Below are positions 16,833 through 27,248 of a stretch of 32,000 bases of DNA, one piece after another. The notes under the pieces are model-generated. The model was not told the origin of the DNA. It worked only from the letters and a program-made list of their open reading frames with translations, and searched no databases. Source of the stretch: Telmatocola sphagniphila (GTDB lineage Bacteria; Planctomycetota; Planctomycetia; Gemmatales; Gemmataceae); NCBI RefSeq assembly GCF_018398935.1, contig NZ_CP074694.1, forward strand, positions 4,290,001 through 4,322,000. The letters run 5' to 3'. Every line of letters starts with the position of its first letter. Position 1 is the stretch's first letter. The translations under genes were made by a program, and so were the position numbers.

Positions 16833-19800
16833 ATGAGTGCCCCTGACAAGCGACATGATGAGACCGGGGATTTTACTGAGGGCCCGAGTGATGCCCCGAA
16901 TACTCCTGCATCTAACCCGTTTTCCAATTACGATAGGACGGAACTATCGTCCCCCAAATTCACGCCAGCTGATAGTACCGATCAGCCAACTGAACTGACG
17001 AAATTGCATTCGAGCGTCAGTGAACTCGATGGCACCGTGCTTTCACGCAGCGATCTCCTGGAGAAGACTCAGGATAGCAAGGATCAGTCCGGTACGGGTA
17101 ACGGCGATTTTTCGTTCGATACAGCGAATACCATCGATTCGCAGCATCGGGAAATGCCCGTGGGAAACGGCACGGATGGCCTGCCGGAAATTCGCGGTTT
17201 CGATATTCAGCAGGAAATTGGCCGAGGCGGCATGGGGGTGGTTTTCAAGGGCCGTCAAAAGGACTTGAATCGACTCGTCGCCATCAAAATGCTGATCTCG
17301 GAGAAATTTCCTTCCTCGGAAGATTTAATCCGATTCCGTCTCGAAGCGGAAGTGGCGGCCCGCATTCGCCATCCCAACGTTGTTCAAGTCTACGATAGCG
17401 GGAACTACAACCGCTCCCCCTATCTCGTTTTAGAATGGGTCGATGGCGGGACATTATCCGATATTCTGCGGGGTGGCAAAAAACTCTCGCAGGAAACTGC
17501 CGCCCGTCTGATCGCTCTGTTGGCAAGGGCTATCCATCACGCGCATTGCAATGGAGTCGTTCACCGCGATTTGAAACCGGCCAACGTGCTCCTGGCCCGA
17601 ACCGACAACCTCAGCACGAAACAGTCCTTGAAGTCGGTCGTCAATTCGAATGCGACTACGGGGAATATTTCCGCCGTGATGCTCCCGATCGATCAGGAAC
17701 CGCAATTGGTCGTACCCAAGGTCACCGACTTTGGCCTGGCGAAATTGACGGTAGCCTCGACCGGTTTAACGGAAACCGGTCGGGTGATGGGTACGCCCGA
17801 GTACATGTCACCGGAACAAGCCTCGGGTCGAACCAAGGATGTGGGGCCTGAAGCCGATATGCACGCCCTCGGGGTGATGCTCTATCAAATGTTGACCGGG
17901 GAAACCCCCTTCCATGCTGATACCAAAATTGCCGTCATCAAGAAGGTCGTCGATCTGGAAGTGAAGCCGACTTTGCTGCAAAAAGAGCGGGTTTCCTGGG
18001 ATCTTCAGACGATCTGTCTGAAATGCCTGATGAAAAAACCACAGGATCGCTACGAAACCGCCGCGGCACTGGCAGAAGATCTGGAAGCGCTGATTGCGGG
18101 CCGACCGATCAAAGCCCGGCCGATCAGCCGTGTGGAAAGACTCTGGAAGTTGGCCAAACGAAACCCGGCGGTTTCGTCTCTGGTATCCGCATCGGTATTT
18201 CTGTTTCTGATTGGCTTCGCCGGGGTGACCTGGCAATGGCGGCGCGCGGAACGGGAAAAGGCTCACGCTATCATCGCGGAGGGCACCGCCGAGCAGCACG
18301 CCAAAACGACGGATGCCGTGAATGACTTCATCGTCTTCGACATGCTATCGAATGCCTCTCCCGAAAAAACTCTGGGAAAAGATTTAAGAGTTATCGAAGT
18401 TCTCGATAACGCCGCCCAGCATGTTGATGGAAAATTCCAAGAACCCCGCATTGATGCCGGCGTCCGCTTTGCGCTCGGGCGGAGTTATCGGACTCTGGGA
18501 GAACCCAAGAAAGCCGTGGGCTTTCTGAAGAGCTCCTATGAAACTCGGCTTAAAGAACTCGGGGCCGCTGCCAAAGAGACGCTAATGGCCGAGTGGGAAT
18601 ACGCTCTTGCCCTCGACGATGATGGCAAATGGAAAGAGGCCGAGAAATGGTTCGAGGATGCGGAGAAGAATTCTACCGAAACATTTGGAGCGACGAACGA
18701 TCTCACTTTGAGCATCCGCGAATCGTATGCTCTCAGTCTGCTGAACAATCACGATCAAAGTGAAAAGTCCCGAGTCATTTTTCAGGAGATTCTGGCCGCT
18801 CTTGAGCGTCAGAAAGGGGAAAAGGATCCAGCCACTCTGAAAGTCTACAATGATCTGGGTTATGCTTTGTACAACCAGAAGAATTACGATGAAGCGTTGA
18901 AGATGACTCAGATCGCCTTCGAGCGTCGAAAAGAGACCCTCAGTTCCATGCATCCAGATACTCTGGAGTCGGAAAACAATCTGGCGGCGATTTACGACGC
19001 CAAGGACGAGTTGGAAAAGGCAAAAGATTTGCTGAATGAGTTAATTCCTATCTCCAGGCAGGTGCGCGGTAAGGACCACATCGATACTCTCTCAGCCATC
19101 AACAATCTGGCTCGGATTTTCTATCGTCAGAAAGATTTCAAGATGGCTTTGCCGCTCTATGAGGAAGCGGTCGAAGCAGCGAAGAATCGAGTCGGGGCAG
19201 ATAATCCGACCACACTCAAATACAGGCGGAATTTGGCCGCGACTTATGCTTCGATGGGCCGCTACAATGACGCGGATAAAATTTATTCGGAAGTTCGCGG
19301 GATTTCCGAGAAAACTTTGCCTGCGGATCACCCTGAACGACTGCAGATGCTAAATGACTACGGGATCGTCAAATGTAGGACTGGCAAGTCGAAAGAGGGC
19401 TTGGCCGATTTACGAGAGGCTTTGGAAGGTCGGACCAAGACTTTAGGCTTAACGAACCCAGATCGGTTGAGCACCTTGTATCAGATCTCGCAAGCGATCC
19501 TCCAGAACAATCCCACTAAGGAGCAAGTGACGGATGTGGAAAATAAGCTGCGCGAGACCTGGGATAAGTTAGTAGCCGAGAAAAAGACGCAAGGTAAGCT
19601 TGTCGCCGATCTCGCCAACATGTTAGTGAATTTTGAACTGCGAGTTCTCCTAGCTAGTGAACTGGGACCCGATCAGAGCGTAAGAAGAGCGTCTGGTCTA
19701 GCGCATGCCAAAGCCGCCTACGAACTCCAGAAGCCGTTCCAATCCGTTAACCCAGAAACCTGGTTCAAATACTGCCTCAGCTTTTCCAGACAATTGACTA

Positions 19801-20285
19801 GTTTCGATAACTTGAACACCAAAGAAGAACTCTCCGACGGAAAAAAATTGGCTCTGCTACCGGCGATCGAGGCTCTGGAAGTTGCTCGGAAGCTCCCCGA
19901 TTCGGAAGCAAAAGTAGCCGAGACGGAGTTATACCTGGGGCAGCTTTACCTCAAGCTGAATGAGAACGAATCGGCCCTGCCGCTTCTGAAAGACGTTTAC
20001 ACCTATCAACTCGATAAGGATCTCTACGATCAAGGCACGTCGGCGAACAATCTGGGCAAATGCTTCAAAAATCTGAAGCGTTACAAGGAAGCCGAGGAGA
20101 TGCTTCTGAAAGGCCATCAGGCCTTTGAGAAAGCCTTGGCAATTTCCGGCGACGCCTCCCTAGCAAAGTCAAAACGTACCGCGGATGAGATCTCCAGACG
20201 AAAGGCTGTCTCGAAGGACGACATCGTCAGCTTGTATCAGGCGATGGGACTGATGGACAAGGCCGCGGAATGGAAGGGGAAGTGA
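16833..20285 (+). CDS. membrane Ser/Thr protein kinase (Hanks type) with large C-terminal TPR domain
   Basis: 1150-aa ORF. Kinase motifs present: GRGGMGVVFKG, AIK, HRDLKPANVLL, DFGLAK, GTPEYMSPEQ. A single TM helix follows (VSSLVSASVFLFLIGFAGVTW), then about 680 aa of TPR-like repeats (NDLGYALYNQKNYDEALKM, NNLARIFYRQKDFKMALPLYEEA, and others). Confidence 0.9.
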   Translation: MSAPDKRHDETGDFTEGPSDAPNTPASNPFSNYDRTELSSPKFTPADSTDQPTELTKLHSSVSELDGTVLSRSDLLEKTQDSKDQSGTGNGDFSFDTANTIDSQHREMPVGNGTDGLPEIRGFDIQQEIGRGGMGVVFKGRQKDLNRLVAIKMLISEKFPSSEDLIRFRLEAEVAARIRHPNVVQVYDSGNYNRSPYLVLEWVDGGTLSDILRGGKKLSQETAARLIALLARAIHHAHCNGVVHRDLKPANVLLARTDNLSTKQSLKSVVNSNATTGNISAVMLPIDQEPQLVVPKVTDFGLAKLTVASTGLTETGRVMGTPEYMSPEQASGRTKDVGPEADMHALGVMLYQMLTGETPFHADTKIAVIKKVVDLEVKPTLLQKERVSWDLQTICLKCLMKKPQDRYETAAALAEDLEALIAGRPIKARPISRVERLWKLAKRNPAVSSLVSASVFLFLIGFAGVTWQWRRAEREKAHAIIAEGTAEQHAKTTDAVNDFIVFDMLSNASPEKTLGKDLRVIEVLDNAAQHVDGKFQEPRIDAGVRFALGRSYRTLGEPKKAVGFLKSSYETRLKELGAAAKETLMAEWEYALALDDDGKWKEAEKWFEDAEKNSTETFGATNDLTLSIRESYALSLLNNHDQSEKSRVIFQEILAALERQKGEKDPATLKVYNDLGYALYNQKNYDEALKMTQIAFERRKETLSSMHPDTLESENNLAAIYDAKDELEKAKDLLNELIPISRQVRGKDHIDTLSAINNLARIFYRQKDFKMALPLYEEAVEAAKNRVGADNPTTLKYRRNLAATYASMGRYNDADKIYSEVRGISEKTLPADHPERLQMLNDYGIVKCRTGKSKEGLADLREALEGRTKTLGLTNPDRLSTLYQISQAILQNNPTKEQVTDVENKLRETWDKLVAEKKTQGKLVADLANMLVNFELRVLLASELGPDQSVRRASGLAHAKAAYELQKPFQSVNPETWFKYCLSFSRQLTSFDNLNTKEELSDGKKLALLPAIEALEVARKLPDSEAKVAETELYLGQLYLKLNENESALPLLKDVYTYQLDKDLYDQGTSANNLGKCFKNLKRYKEAEEMLLKGHQAFEKALAISGDASLAKSKRTADEISRRKAVSKDDIVSLYQAMGLMDKAAEWKGK

Positions 20286-20345
20286 CAGGAAAAAGGGACA
20301 CGCGCCTTCAGGTACCTCTCACTTTTTCTTTCGCTGAAATCGGCT

Positions 20346-20864
20346 TCACTGCTGCAGCTTTTGCAAAGCGCGATTGATCGACAACTTCAGTAATTTAACG
20401 AAGCTTGGTCCGAATCGATCGCGCAGACGTTGTAGGGGAATGTATTGCCAATCGAGAGGAGAATGAAGGATCTCCCGATCATCCTCCCAGGGATATTCAC
20501 AGTTATCGGGTCGCTGACCATTTCTATCAACAGCCGGGTTCAACACTTCAATCTCAGAAGCGAGATACCGGGTGTATTTCAGTAGGCCCACTCTATTGTT
20601 CTGATCCTCGCCCATGAATTCGAGTTGTGCGCGAATGACCAAGGGCAAAGGATTAGCCACGTAACCATGACTCGATTGGAGCGATTCTGGCGGCGTCCCA
20701 CCATCGATAAGTCTCGCCTTGCAAAGTTTCTCACAAGCCATCTGCAGAAAGAGCATTCGGTGACAGGGATGCACATCTTCACTGCCCTCAATCGACTGCC
20801 AGGTTTGGAAATCTGCATGCGCCTGACGAGCGTAGGCCCAAGCCCACTCACCCGAAGTCGCCAT
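20346..20864 (-). CDS. hypothetical protein with degenerate HEPN-like N-terminal helical pattern
   Basis: 172-aa ORF whose ATG (20864-20862) directly abuts the stop codon of the upstream ORF. The segment AYARQAHADF...HRMLFLQMACEKLCKARLIDGG...SLQSSHGYV follows the HEPN helix pattern (xQQAxEKxLKAxL...H), but no Arg occupies the R position of Rx4-6H. Confidence 0.6.
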   Translation of the reverse strand: MATSGEWAWAYARQAHADFQTWQSIEGSEDVHPCHRMLFLQMACEKLCKARLIDGGTPPESLQSSHGYVANPLPLVIRAQLEFMGEDQNNRVGLLKYTRYLASEIEVLNPAVDRNGQRPDNCEYPWEDDREILHSPLDWQYIPLQRLRDRFGPSFVKLLKLSINRALQKLQQ

Positions 20865-21323
20865 TTACTCCTGCTCCAATATTTCAAGCGGTTTCGGTAA
20901 TTCCTCCCCCATGGACCAACCACTTGGAAGCTTCAATTCTTGGCTCTGAATCTTCGCGAACTCTTCTGGAGATACTTCCACAATGACCGACGGATAAGGT
21001 ATCCCGCTTGCCGGGGCCGGGCCGAAACTCACCGGAAGCACGCCCGAGGGAACAGTGTTGGTGTTGACTTCCAGCAATTTGATCGGCTCTACGGGTATCG
21101 ATTCCACTTCGGCAGTTCCAGTCAGGCGAATAATCCTCTGAAGTCCTCTCTCTGCGCTGAAATGTTTTCTGGCTAGGGTCTTGGCAACCTCCGCTTTTTC
21201 TTCCACAACGGCCTGGTTTTTATCGAAGGTGATTCGCTCCAGACCGCCGCACCGAGGGCAGGGATGTGCCCTTTCCGCAACAGTCAGCCATCGGCTGCAT
21301 TTGGCGCATCGAATAGACTGCAT
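20865..21323 (-). CDS. hypothetical zinc-ribbon protein
   Basis: 152-aa ORF. The N-terminus MQSIRCAKCSRWLTVAERAHPCPRCGG forms a C-x2-C-x12-C-x2-C zinc ribbon. The C-terminal module (VPSGVLPVSFGPAPASGIPYPSVIVEVSPEEFAKIQSQELKLPSGW) is not assignable by eye. The stop codon TAA at 20867-20865 is followed immediately by the next ATG. Confidence 0.6.
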   Translation of the reverse strand: MQSIRCAKCSRWLTVAERAHPCPRCGGLERITFDKNQAVVEEKAEVAKTLARKHFSAERGLQRIIRLTGTAEVESIPVEPIKLLEVNTNTVPSGVLPVSFGPAPASGIPYPSVIVEVSPEEFAKIQSQELKLPSGWSMGEELPKPLEILEQE

Positions 21324-21445
21324 TCGTTCACCGAGGGAAAAATTGCTCGACCATTATCATTAAACTAATTTTATTTTAGTACGAATTGCAAGACGTCGAC
21401 AGGAACTATTCAAAAAATGATACTTTAACGTTCAACGAGGATCGG

Positions 21446-21474
21446 AGGGTTGGTTGCTCAAGCAGCCCAACCCT
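21446..21474 (-). terminator. GC-rich hairpin just downstream of the CotH gene stop codon
   Basis: AGGGTTGG (21446-21453) pairs with CCAACCCT (21467-21474). An inner GCT/AGC extension and a 5-nt loop complete the hairpin. It lies 11 nt beyond the CotH stop codon (21486-21488) on the minus strand. No immediate U-tract follows; a T6 run occurs about 25 nt further on. Confidence 0.4.
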
Positions 21475-21485
21475 GGACTGAATTC

Positions 21486-22652
21486 CTACTTCTTCTTCGC
21501 CAACTCTTTCTCGACGAACTCCACGCGCTCCTTGATTCGGCGTTTGAAATCCTTGGCATTGTTTTCGAAATCGTTGGCCGTGTTCTTATCGACTTCCTTT
21601 TCGGCGAATGGCTTCACCCGGCTGATCACTTCATCGATCCGGCGATGCATCCAATCGATTTTAAAATACTTGGCCACCACTTCCCGCAAACGAGCCTCAT
21701 AGCGTTTCTTGCCTTCCTCGGTATCCCAAATGGCTCGACTGACCATACCATTAGTGGCCGGCCAGATATTCCAGCCAGGGTTGGAAAACATCTGATCCAT
21801 CCCGTGAACGAAAAAGACAATCTTCTTCGTTTCCGGATCGTGATAGATGCGGTAATTGTTTTTCTGAGAAGTGTAGCCATCCCAGTGGGCCGTCAGGGCA
21901 TCGAAGACCATCACCGAGATAAATCGATCGATATCGACAACTTTGGCAACTTCCTCAAATCGCTTCTTGGCGTCGGGTTCCCGGCAGGCTTTGACGACGC
22001 CTTTCAGATCTTCGCGGTTGTCCAATCCTTCCGAACCGGAGTTGCGATAGAGATCGGCATCGATATCGGTCAAAAAGCCGCCATCGTACAAGTTGCCGTT
22101 CACATTCGTGAAATAACGCTTCAGGAAGTTCTTGTTGAAGCCTTCCTTGACCGTGAAGAGCCCTTTTTTCTTACCATTGAGATCGACCACCGCGTGCGTG
22201 GTTCGAGCGGCCGGGATATTCATCATCCGGGCCAACTCACCGCAAATGAGTTCTGCGCAAAAAGAAGGATCCTGCACCGAATTGTTGCAGTGCATCTTGT
22301 CCATGCCCCGATAGTTCTGATTTTTAACGAACTTATCGAAGTTGAGCGTAAGTGCGGGCTTGTCGTCGAAGCCCCGGAACGACCCGGCGGCTCCTTTAAG
22401 GTGCAGCCCCACATCCCCCATGCCCTTCGAGCCATCGGAAAAGCTGGCCCGCACGTATTTCCGGGGATCGCGACGAAGAACTTTGAGATTCTCCTCATCG
22501 ACGGTCACCGTAAATTTTCGAAGTTTTTCCCCTTTGAAAAACTCTTCCGATTCATCGACCTTTTTGGAAGCCGGTTGCTGGGCGAGTGCTCGCGGGGCGT
22601 AGAGCAACGCATTCATGCTGCATAAGAGGAAGATCAGAGAGATTCTTAACAT
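21486..22652 (-). CDS. secreted CotH-family atypical protein kinase
   Basis: The signal peptide is MLRISLIFLLCSMNALLYAPRALA. The CotH-like core includes ...LHLKGAAGSFRGFDDKPALTLNFDKF..., AHWDGY..NNYRIYHD and FFVHGMDQMF. The ORF extends to an ATG at 22664 (MESAMLR...), but the ATG at 22652 has a GGAG 6 nt upstream. The 391-aa antisense ORF 21450-22625 is a codon-aligned shadow. Confidence 0.8.
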   Translation of the reverse strand: MLRISLIFLLCSMNALLYAPRALAQQPASKKVDESEEFFKGEKLRKFTVTVDEENLKVLRRDPRKYVRASFSDGSKGMGDVGLHLKGAAGSFRGFDDKPALTLNFDKFVKNQNYRGMDKMHCNNSVQDPSFCAELICGELARMMNIPAARTTHAVVDLNGKKKGLFTVKEGFNKNFLKRYFTNVNGNLYDGGFLTDIDADLYRNSGSEGLDNREDLKGVVKACREPDAKKRFEEVAKVVDIDRFISVMVFDALTAHWDGYTSQKNNYRIYHDPETKKIVFFVHGMDQMFSNPGWNIWPATNGMVSRAIWDTEEGKKRYEARLREVVAKYFKIDWMHRRIDEVISRVKPFAEKEVDKNTANDFENNAKDFKRRIKERVEFVEKELAKKK

Positions 22653-22722
22653 TGCTGACTCCATGCGGTGAGGGCAAGAAAATATTATCCGAAGCGGAAG
22701 CGTTATTCCATGAAATAACTGA

Positions 22723-23796
<1,074 letters not shown>

Positions 23797-23891
23797 GGAT
23801 TTTATCGTCGATCAAAACCTATCAATGATTTCAGAACCTCGGATTGGCCGGATGATTCCATTCTGGAAAAACAAGTACAGGAGACCGTCCG

Positions 23892-24521
23892 GTGCGAACT
23901 GCAAAAATTATACTGTTGGTAGTCGTTGCAGCATTAGTGGGCGGCTCACTAGTTGTGATGTTCGATCCCGATTTGGTAATTTATTCCGAGGGCCCAGAAC
24001 CAAAACATAAAGACGACGTAGAAACTAATGTCTCGGTCACGGCTCCCCAGTTCGATCTTTCCTTTCTGGATTGCCACGGGAACCGAGTCGATCTCTCTTC
24101 GTATCGAGATCAAAAAAACGTCATGCTGGTTTTCATGCGGGGTTACCCGGGAGATATCTGCGTGAACTGTTCGGCGCAAACATCTCGTCTGATCAAGAAT
24201 TACAGGGATTTCTCGCGCCGAGATACGGAAATCCTGGTGGTTTTCCCAGGTCCGACGGAGTACCTCGAAAAATATATCGCTATCAGCCGAAAAAAAGCGG
24301 GCGATCTCGAAGTCCCCTTCAAAATCCTTCTCGATCCGAATTATGTGGCTGTGGACCGTCTGGGAATCCGCGGCTCGCTGGCCAAACCTTCCACTTATAT
24401 TCTCGACAAAAAGGGACAGGTACGTTTTGCCTACGTGGGGGCCTACACGGGCGATCGCCCCTCCATTAAAGCCATGCTGGATCAAATCGACCGAATCCGG
24501 GATAGCGGAGACTCCGAGTGA
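23892..24521 (+). CDS. membrane-anchored thioredoxin-fold protein (AhpC/TSA-redoxin family, CxxC)
   Basis: GTG start. The N-terminal TM anchor is IILLVVVAALVGGSLVVMF. The thioredoxin-fold pattern ...NVMLVFMRGYPGDICVNCSAQTSRL... carries a C-V-N-C pair at the position of the redox-active Cys. The C-terminal KPSTYILDKKGQVRF is typical of this fold. Confidence 0.7.
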   Translation: MRTAKIILLVVVAALVGGSLVVMFDPDLVIYSEGPEPKHKDDVETNVSVTAPQFDLSFLDCHGNRVDLSSYRDQKNVMLVFMRGYPGDICVNCSAQTSRLIKNYRDFSRRDTEILVVFPGPTEYLEKYIAISRKKAGDLEVPFKILLDPNYVAVDRLGIRGSLAKPSTYILDKKGQVRFAYVGAYTGDRPSIKAMLDQIDRIRDSGDSE

Positions 24522-26140
24522 TCCCTCACGATTCCAACAGGGACACGGTTGCCCAGAATTTCGAAGCGCTCAAAAAGGGCTCAATTCCCGATATTCATTT
24601 ATTCCCCGGTTATGAATTGCTCTCGGAAATCGGCTCGGGAGGCATGGGGGTCATCTATTGTGCCCGGCAAGTTTCCCTGAATCGCGTCGTCGCCCTGAAA
24701 ACGATCAAACAATCGCGCGAAATCAATGAAGTTACTGTAACTCGCTTCATTCGAGAAGCGCAGGCCATCGCTCGGCTGCGCCATCCAAATATCATCACGG
24801 CCTACGATTGCGGTGAAAATGGCGGCGTCGTTTTCTACAGCATGGAATTGCTCGATGGAAAATCTCTGGAAACGCACATCCGCGAGCAGCAGAAACTGGA
24901 GGAGCAAGTTACCTGGCAGGTCATCCGACAAGCCTGTGCCGGTCTGGCTCATGCCGCCTCCGAGGGAATAGTCCACCGGGATATAAAACCGGGAAATCTT
25001 TACCTGACTCCCACCCCTGAAGGATTTGCCCTTCCTCCGGGGATACCCCTCGTGAAAGTCACCGATTTTGGTTTGGCGATTTTTAATGAAAATGCCTACT
25101 CTTCGCTGGACACACGCCTCACGAGCACTGGGGTAATCATCGGAACGCCCCTTTACATGGCCCCAGAACAATTTGAAGGACACGGTGGGGATCTCCGAAC
25201 CGATATTTACTCCCTGGGCGTTACGGCTTTCGAGATGCTAGTGGGACAATTGCCCTTTGCCGACAAACGGGTGCGGGAACTGATTTCGATCAAAAGCAAT
25301 TCGGATTGGAGCGGCTCCGAAAAGATCTCGCCTGCTTCACTGAATCTGATTCGATATATGACAGCGCTGGATCCAAATCAGCGGCCGCAGTCCTACGTTC
25401 AATTAATCGCCGAGATCGACAAGTTGCTCAGTCACTCCGAGCAGACTTCGAACCAGTCAAACGGAGTAACCCGACTCCTGGAGAAAGTTTCCTGGAAGCG
25501 AGTAATTGCATGCATGACAGCTCTGATGGTGATCGCTGTTCTGTTCACGCAGCTGAGAAGTCCTCGAATTCTGCCGGAACCTCGAGGTTATAACCCAGGT
25601 GTGGCAACCAATCTGTTCGATGGACAATCGCTCACGGGCTGGAGTCCACTGATAGGTGCCTGGAGCCCGGGACGGGATTCCGAAGGCGCGCACATTCTGA
25701 TCGGTAATGGCAAGAATAAAGCTCGACTACCCTCGGAAGGAGATTATCGACTCTCGGTGGAAGTCGATCTGTATCGTGCGGAATCGGTCGAACTGCGCTT
25801 CGCACTATCCCGGTCGGACAATAGTCTGGTACTACGACTTTCCAGGAATGAAGGGGCCGTCTTTGGTAAATGCTCTTCCGAAGATCGCCCGCTGATCGCA
25901 CTTTCGAAGAGTTTGCCATTCCAACAATTAGAGATTGAGAATACGCCTACCTATAACGAAATGCGCATCGAGCATCTCAACGGCTGCTGGTATGCCTGGT
26001 TCAATGGCAAGTATCTCGGTGGTTGCACGGAGTCACGAACTCCCCTAATTGGGGAATTCGAACTCACCACCAGTGGAGGAGAAGCTCATTTCACGGGGAT
26101 TGAGCTCACGGAGATGATGAAGCCGGGAAATACGCCGTAA
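24518..26140 (+). CDS. membrane Ser/Thr protein kinase (Hanks type) with C-terminal DUF1080/LamG-like ectodomain
   Basis: The GTG start overlaps the redoxin stop codon (GTGA, 24518-24521). Kinase motifs present: GSGGMGVIYCA, ALK, HRDIKPGNLYL, DFGLA, GTPLYMAPEQ. A TM helix follows (VIACMTALMVIAVLF), then LFDGQSLTGWSP...GAWS...GDYRLSVEVDL, which resembles the DUF1080 (3-keto-disaccharide hydrolase-like) jelly-roll. Confidence 0.85.
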   Translation: MIPHDSNRDTVAQNFEALKKGSIPDIHLFPGYELLSEIGSGGMGVIYCARQVSLNRVVALKTIKQSREINEVTVTRFIREAQAIARLRHPNIITAYDCGENGGVVFYSMELLDGKSLETHIREQQKLEEQVTWQVIRQACAGLAHAASEGIVHRDIKPGNLYLTPTPEGFALPPGIPLVKVTDFGLAIFNENAYSSLDTRLTSTGVIIGTPLYMAPEQFEGHGGDLRTDIYSLGVTAFEMLVGQLPFADKRVRELISIKSNSDWSGSEKISPASLNLIRYMTALDPNQRPQSYVQLIAEIDKLLSHSEQTSNQSNGVTRLLEKVSWKRVIACMTALMVIAVLFTQLRSPRILPEPRGYNPGVATNLFDGQSLTGWSPLIGAWSPGRDSEGAHILIGNGKNKARLPSEGDYRLSVEVDLYRAESVELRFALSRSDNSLVLRLSRNEGAVFGKCSSEDRPLIALSKSLPFQQLEIENTPTYNEMRIEHLNGCWYAWFNGKYLGGCTESRTPLIGEFELTTSGGEAHFTGIELTEMMKPGNTP

Positions 26141-26177
26141 CCTTCGGTTGTGGAATCCAGCTTGACTTGCGGAGTTT

Positions 26178-26963
26178 CTACCGGCCTTCTCGAAGCCGGT
26201 CACCCAGGAAGTTATCCAGTTCCGGCACGGCATAAATCTTTTTGATGGTGGTCTCGATATCGTATTCGACCCGACGGTACTTAATCGTATCGTCGTCGAT
26301 CAGAATGTAGCAGGCTCGAGGATCGAGATCTCTGGGTTGGCCGACCGAACCGACATTGCAAAGAGTCTTGTTGCCTTCCAGCTTATAGGCGCCGTTGATA
26401 TCTTCGGGCGTCAGGAACTGGGCGTCCTCGGTAAAAATACCCGGGACGTGGGTATGCCCCTGAAAACAGTATTTATCCACCAATGCGAAGATGCGTTCCA
26501 TCTTTCGCTGGTTGTAAATATCCTCGGGGAAGACATATTCGTTCAAAGGATTGCGAGCCGAGCCATGAACGAAAAGATAATCGCCTTCTTTGTGCGATCG
26601 AGGCCGCTCGGCCAGGAACTCCCAACGTTTTTCGCGCAGTGCGCGGGAATCGCTGGGAGACTCGAGTTGCGCCCGGGTCCAGAAGATAGCCATTTCAGCG
26701 GTGCGGTTGAAGCCATCCGGATCGAAAAGCGCCCCCTGGTCGTGATTCCCGAGAATCACTACCTGGCATTTCATCACGAGATCGATGCATTCGCGGGGGT
26801 TTGGACCGTAGCCAATCACGTCCCCGAGGCAATAGATCTCTGTGACGCCTTGCTTTTCAATGTCTGCCATGACTGCTTGCAAGGCTTCGAGATTGCTGTG
26901 AATATCGCTGATGATGGCTTTCACGCCAATTTCTTTCCATCGCAGAGGAGAACAAAAAACCAC
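26178..26963 (-). CDS. metallophosphoesterase family protein
   Basis: Calcineurin-like phosphoesterase motifs are present: [25 protein letters not shown]. The ORF starts at GTG 26963. An in-frame GTG at 26924 would give the more typical N-terminus (M)[10 protein letters not shown]. The antisense ORF 26337-26996 is a shadow. Confidence 0.8.
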   Translation of the reverse strand: MVFCSPLRWKEIGVKAIISDIHSNLEALQAVMADIEKQGVTEIYCLGDVIGYGPNPRECIDLVMKCQVVILGNHDQGALFDPDGFNRTAEMAIFWTRAQLESPSDSRALREKRWEFLAERPRSHKEGDYLFVHGSARNPLNEYVFPEDIYNQRKMERIFALVDKYCFQGHTHVPGIFTEDAQFLTPEDINGAYKLEGNKTLCNVGSVGQPRDLDPRACYILIDDDTIKYRRVEYDIETTIKKIYAVPELDNFLGDRLREGR

Positions 26964-27248
26964 AATCGTCCTGGCCCAGACGATCTCGGAAGGTAAAAGT
27001 CTGAAATTTCGCTATTTTACCTTTTCTATCTAAGCCTTGAAACGGGGGTCTGTCAAGGGTTTCGACAAAAGGATTCAGGCCCGGCAGTAATCCTTTGAAT
27101 GGATTAAAGCGAAGAAGTCTGCCTTGACGATTTCAACATCACGACAGTATGGCCTTGGTTTGAGTATTAAATTTGATCATTTGAGTTTCGACTTACTCTT
27201 TAGATAGGGAGTATAATACTCTCGCATCTCCTGCTCTGAGGGCCTCCC

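Noticed and set aside
20286-20345. A possible bidirectional terminator between the TPR kinase and the HEPN-like gene: GAAAAAGGGA ... TCTCACTTTTTC.
   Set aside because: The stem is A/T-rich, contains a mismatch and has an 18-nt loop. It is too weak to call.
21450-22625. A 391-aa ORF on the + strand, almost exactly as long as the CotH gene on the - strand. Similar long antisense ORFs occur at 4397-5926, 10350-11393, 12760-13404, 13605-14132, 14221-14781, 23949-24485, 24599-25183, 26337-26996 and 28617-29276.
   Set aside because: I checked the phases. Each of these is codon-aligned with the recognised gene on the other strand, so an antisense stop codon can only arise from a sense TTA, CTA or TCA codon, and this genome evidently avoids those codons. 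The translations are Arg/Gly/Asp/His/Ile-rich with no motifs, whereas the sense products have clear family signatures. They are shadow ORFs, not overlapping genes.
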